From the NCBI GenBank assembly GCA_963664305.2, contig CAXXLV010000002.1, forward strand, positions 1,024,001-1,088,000: DNA of 64,000 bases, read 5' to 3'. The notes under the pieces are model-generated. The model ran no database searches, was not told where the DNA came from, and saw only the letters and a list, made by a program, of their open reading frames with translations. How positions within the stretch are numbered: position 1 is the stretch's first letter; each line of letters starts with the position of its first letter. The DNA comes from an uncultured Aliarcobacter sp. (GTDB lineage Bacteria; Campylobacterota; Campylobacteria; Campylobacterales; Arcobacteraceae). Below are positions 60,449-64,000 of this stretch, piece after piece. The position numbers were made by a program, and so were the translations under genes.

Positions 60449-61237
60449 CTATTTAATTAATTTGAAAAATCTTAAAACTTTTCCTTGAATAACTACATAT
60501 AAAACTGAACAAAAAAGAGCTATTATTGTCCCATAAACTATACCTATTTTTGCATAAGCAAAATATACAACTAAAGAGTAAATAACAACTGAACTTAATC
60601 CATAAGGAGTATTTTTTATTACTGTTCTTGCTTGAAATCTACTATGTCTAAAATGAATTATTAACATCAAAGGTAAAAGAATAGTAGGAAAAGATGAAAA
60701 AATTCCTGCGATATTTGATGGTACATATTTTGGCAAACTTGAGATTATTAAAAATATAGAGATTGTTAAAAGTGACCTAAAAAATATATCACTTATTGAA
60801 GTTTTTATTTTTTTATCAATAACAAAGTTCTCTTTTTTTGCAAAATATATAGTTGCAATTAACATCAAAATTATAACAATAACAGGAGTTAAAACAACAT
60901 GTGGTGGAACATTTGCAAGAATAAATGCAATTATTAAATATGAAATAAAAGAGATAAGTAAAGATAAAAATATCTCTAACTTTCCTTTATAAAAAGTACT
61001 TGCGTAATAACCAATAGAAAAGGCTAAAGCTGCAAATAAGCCATGAATATTATATAAAGCAACTTTTGTTACGTAATCAACACCATTTTCTATTGCAAAA
61101 AATAAAAGAGTTATGGCACTTCCAACAGGAAGCCCAGATAAAATCCCAGAAATTCTAGGACTTACTTTTTCAGCAATAAAACTTAAACTTAAAACAAGTG
61201 ATACAACTGCGATTGATTTTATTATTAATAGTTCTAT
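60449..61237 (-). CDS. Multi-pass membrane protein (262 aa), probable ATA start
   Basis: Frame of the 139-aa track ORF stays open 123 codons further upstream to ATA at 61237, 6 nt after AAAGGA; continuous hydrophobic sequence. Confidence 0.75.
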   Translation of the reverse strand: MELLIIKSIAVVSLVLSLSFIAEKVSPRISGILSGLPVGSAITLLFFAIENGVDYVTKVALYNIHGLFAALAFSIGYYASTFYKGKLEIFLSLLISFISYLIIAFILANVPPHVVLTPVIVIILMLIATIYFAKKENFVIDKKIKTSISDIFFRSLLTISIFLIISSLPKYVPSNIAGIFSSFPTILLPLMLIIHFRHSRFQARTVIKNTPYGLSSVVIYSLVVYFAYAKIGIVYGTIIALFCSVLYVVIQGKVLRFFKLIK

Positions 61238-61305
61238 AATTCATCCTTTAAAATAAAGAATGAATTATATATTAATTACACATAAATTATATATAAGTAA
61301 GATTT

Positions 61306-61806
61306 TTATCTAAAGTTATCAAAAACTAAAGGAGCTTTTAGTTCTAAACTTCTTAAGTGTTTCATAATTGTTTGTAAATCATCAATATTTTTTCCAGTAA
61401 CTCTTATTTCATCACCTTGATTTACAGCTGTTACTTTTAATTTTAGGTTTTTAATCTCAGTTTGAATTTTTTTAGCTTCATCTTTTTCAATACTATCAAT
61501 TATTTTAAAAGTATATTTTCTATTTCCACCACTTGAATCTTCTTTTTTTATCTCTTCTAAAGAGTTAATAGAAATATTTCTTTTATTCATTTTTGAGATT
61601 AAAATATCCATCATTGCATCGATTTTATTGTCACTTGAAGATACTAATATTAAAGTTTTTGCTCCAATATTTAAATCTATCTCTTTACTAATTCCTTTAA
61701 AATCATATCTGTTATCAATCTCTTTTTGAGCTTGAATTACTGCATTTTTCATCTCTTGCATATCTAATTTTGCTGAAATATCAAATTGATGTTCTTTTGC
61801 TGCCAT
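61306..61806 (-). CDS. yajQ: YajQ family nucleotide/c-di-GMP-binding protein
   Basis: FDI, NA..QA.KE...RYDFKG, QGDE.RV.GK..DDLQ, F.NFR; start trimmed to ATG 61806. Confidence 0.93.
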   Translation of the reverse strand: MAAKEHQFDISAKLDMQEMKNAVIQAQKEIDNRYDFKGISKEIDLNIGAKTLILVSSSDNKIDAMMDILISKMNKRNISINSLEEIKKEDSSGGNRKYTFKIIDSIEKDEAKKIQTEIKNLKLKVTAVNQGDEIRVTGKNIDDLQTIMKHLRSLELKAPLVFDNFR

Positions 61807-61847
61807 TATTATCCTTTTCAATTATTTCATTAGATTCTAACATTATT

Positions 61848-63080
61848 TTATAAAGCTTTCGGTAAAACAAGATTCAAGAAGATACCAACCATTGCTCCAA
61901 GACCAATTCCGGCAAAAGGAACTCCACCAAAATTAAAAGTCATTCCACCTATTGAAAATACCAAAATCATAGAGACAATTGCCATATTTCTAGGACAAGA
62001 AAAATCAATATTAGCTCTTGATAATGTACTAATTCCTAAAGTTGCAATAATTCCAAAAAGTAACAACATAATTCCACCCATAACTGGAACAGGAATAGTT
62101 GCAAGTATTGCTCCAAGTTTTCCAACAAACGCTAATAAAATTGCACAAATAGCTGCCCAAGTCATAATTGCTGGATTATAAGCTTTTGTAACTGTAACAG
62201 CACCTGTTACTTCTGAATATGTAGTATTTGGTGGTCCACCAAAAAGCGAAGCAACTGAAGTTGCTAATCCATCACCTAAAAGCGTATTTTTTAGACCTGG
62301 CTTTTTTAAATAATCTTGTTTTGTTACACTTGAAATTGCTAACATATCTCCTATATGCTCAATAGCAGGAGCAATTGCGATTGGTAAAATATAAACTATT
62401 GCTTGCCAATTAAATTCAGGTGCAACAAAATTTGGCATTGCAAACCAAGCAGCTATTGAAACTTTTGAAAAATCTATTAATCCAAAATATAAAGAAACAA
62501 TATATCCTCCAATAATTCCCATTAAAATTGGAATTAATTTAAAAATACCTTTTCCTAGTAGTGATACTAAAATAGTAATTGTTAAGGCAATCATTGATAT
62601 TACAATTGCTTGATCAAATGGTACTAATTGAACTGCACCATCACCAGTTTTACCCATCGCCATATTAACTGCAACTGGAGATAAAATAAGACCAATAGAT
62701 ATAATTACAGGCCCAACTACAACAGAAGGAAGAAGTTTATGTAGAAACTCATCTCCTTTTAATCTAATTAGAAAACTAAGTGCTACATATAAAAATCCAG
62801 CTGCAACTAATCCACTTAGAGTTGCAGGAATTCCCCATGTTGCTACACCATAAGAAATAGGTGCAATAAAAGCAAAAGAAGAAGCTAAAAATATTGGTGG
62901 AACACACTTTCTATTTACAAATTGGAATAATAAAGTTCCAATTCCTGCTGTAAAAAGTGCAACATTTGGGTCAAGCCCAGTTAAAATAGGCACTAAAACA
63001 AGTGCACCAAAAGCTACAAATAAAAATTGTAGACCTAAAATCGAATCTTTAACTCTAAAGTTATAGTCTGTAGGTTTCAT
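61848..63080 (-). CDS. uraA: Uracil permease (NCS2 family)
   Basis: Q.LFVAFGA.VLVP, EHIGD, GGPPNTTYSE; divergent from upp; start trimmed to ATG 63080. Confidence 0.92.
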   Translation of the reverse strand: MKPTDYNFRVKDSILGLQFLFVAFGALVLVPILTGLDPNVALFTAGIGTLLFQFVNRKCVPPIFLASSFAFIAPISYGVATWGIPATLSGLVAAGFLYVALSFLIRLKGDEFLHKLLPSVVVGPVIISIGLILSPVAVNMAMGKTGDGAVQLVPFDQAIVISMIALTITILVSLLGKGIFKLIPILMGIIGGYIVSLYFGLIDFSKVSIAAWFAMPNFVAPEFNWQAIVYILPIAIAPAIEHIGDMLAISSVTKQDYLKKPGLKNTLLGDGLATSVASLFGGPPNTTYSEVTGAVTVTKAYNPAIMTWAAICAILLAFVGKLGAILATIPVPVMGGIMLLLFGIIATLGISTLSRANIDFSCPRNMAIVSMILVFSIGGMTFNFGGVPFAGIGLGAMVGIFLNLVLPKAL

Positions 63081-63200
63081 TATTACCTCTAATTTTTTTA
63101 TAAATTTTATAGTATCCAATTTTGCGTATTACAAACTTTAAATTTATGTATAACTTATAAGCAATTTTTTTGTAATATTAATCTTTTAAAAGGACTTAAA

Positions 63201-63821
63201 ATGTATAAAGAAAGTACAAATGTAGTTGTAAAACACTTAGTTAATAGATTAAGAGATGTGAGAACTACTTCAAACGAATTTAGATTAACAATTGAAGAAA
63301 TTTCAAGAATTTTAGTTTCAGAAGCATTAAATGATTTTCCAACTATTACACAAAATATAAACACTTGGCAAGGCCCTTTAGATGTTGAAGTAATTGAAGT
63401 TCAGAAACTTGTTCTTGTTCCTATTTTAAGAGCAGGTGAACCAATGCTTACAGGAATTTTAAGAACTTTACCTTATGCAAAAAGTGGTTTTTTAGCAATG
63501 AAAAGAGATGAAGAAACATCATTAAGTAAACTTTTTTATGAAAATATTCCTAATTTAGAAAATAAAACGGTTATTTTACTTGACCCAATGGTTGCAACTG
63601 GTGGTTCATTGATTGATGGTATTGAATATTTAAAAACAAAAAAAGCAAAAAAAATCATCTGTTTAAATATTATTGGTTCACCATATGGAGTAAAAAAAGT
63701 GACAGAAGCTCATCCTGATATTGATATGTTTATAGCTCAAATTGATGAAAGATTAGATGAAAATAACTATATAAGACCTGGTCTTGGAGATGCTGGAGAT
63801 AGAGCATTTAATACGCACTAA
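63201..63821 (+). CDS. upp: Uracil phosphoribosyltransferase
   Basis: VPILRAG, RDEET, LDPMVATGGS, PGLGDAGDR. Confidence 0.96.
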   Translation: MYKESTNVVVKHLVNRLRDVRTTSNEFRLTIEEISRILVSEALNDFPTITQNINTWQGPLDVEVIEVQKLVLVPILRAGEPMLTGILRTLPYAKSGFLAMKRDEETSLSKLFYENIPNLENKTVILLDPMVATGGSLIDGIEYLKTKKAKKIICLNIIGSPYGVKKVTEAHPDIDMFIAQIDERLDENNYIRPGLGDAGDRAFNTH

Positions 63822-63847
63822 AGATTAGTTTAAAACTAATCTTTTTT
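63821..63847. terminator. Terminator after upp, probably bidirectional
   Basis: AAGATTAGTTT-A-AAACTAATCTT followed by T run. Confidence 0.75.
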
Positions 63848-64000
63848 AAAATTCAAAAGGATTATTATATTTATATATAAATCCTTCTTTTTCAATTTTT
63901 TCTCCATTTATTAATCTATTTAAAAAGTTTTCACTTTCTAAAAAAATAGGTTTTTCAAAATTATACTTTTTTGAGTTAAAACTATATATTTCCTCTTTTG
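63846..64000 (-). CDS. 3' end of an unidentified CDS entering from the right edge
   Basis: Open frame ...KEEIYSFNSKKYNFEKPIFLESENFLNRLINGEKIEKEGFIYKYNNPFEF* ending at the terminator. Confidence 0.55.
   Translation of the reverse strand, partial: KEEIYSFNSKKYNFEKPIFLESENFLNRLINGEKIEKEGFIYKYNNPFEF

Noticed and set aside
63081..63200. PyrR-type attenuator between uraA and upp
   Set aside because: No PyrR-binding loop or terminator/antiterminator pair seen; looks like a plain divergent promoter region.

Overview
AT-rich chromosomal window from a Campylobacterota bacterium, most likely Arcobacteraceae (inferred from gene content and order: oorDABC, murJ-msbA-pyrD-M16 peptidase-dapA, rny/ygfA<>tlpA-ftsY...radA, rpe-trpF-dnaQ, perR<>desulforubrerythrin). 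Most of it is core genome, and I see no rRNA, tRNA, CRISPR array, transposase or integrase. Accessory-looking parts: (1) the left edge, with the 5' end of a C5 DNA methyltransferase (missed by the ORF track), a divergent orphan ORF and a cluster of short direct repeats before uup; (2) a tsdA-like dihaem cytochrome followed by a stand-alone Cache sensor, a response regulator and a kinase; (3) an ~11 kb block between ftsY and radA. That block holds the best candidate for an undescribed system: a tight three-gene operon of a 2225-aa autotransporter with ~7.4 near-identical 273-bp repeats, a catalytically degenerate parvulin-type chaperone and a serine-hydrolase lipoprotein. Smaller observations include a probable ATA-initiated gene, an unannotated 43-aa ORF and competing hairpins at a ribosome-binding site. 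All family assignments come from motif recognition by eye; no searches were run.
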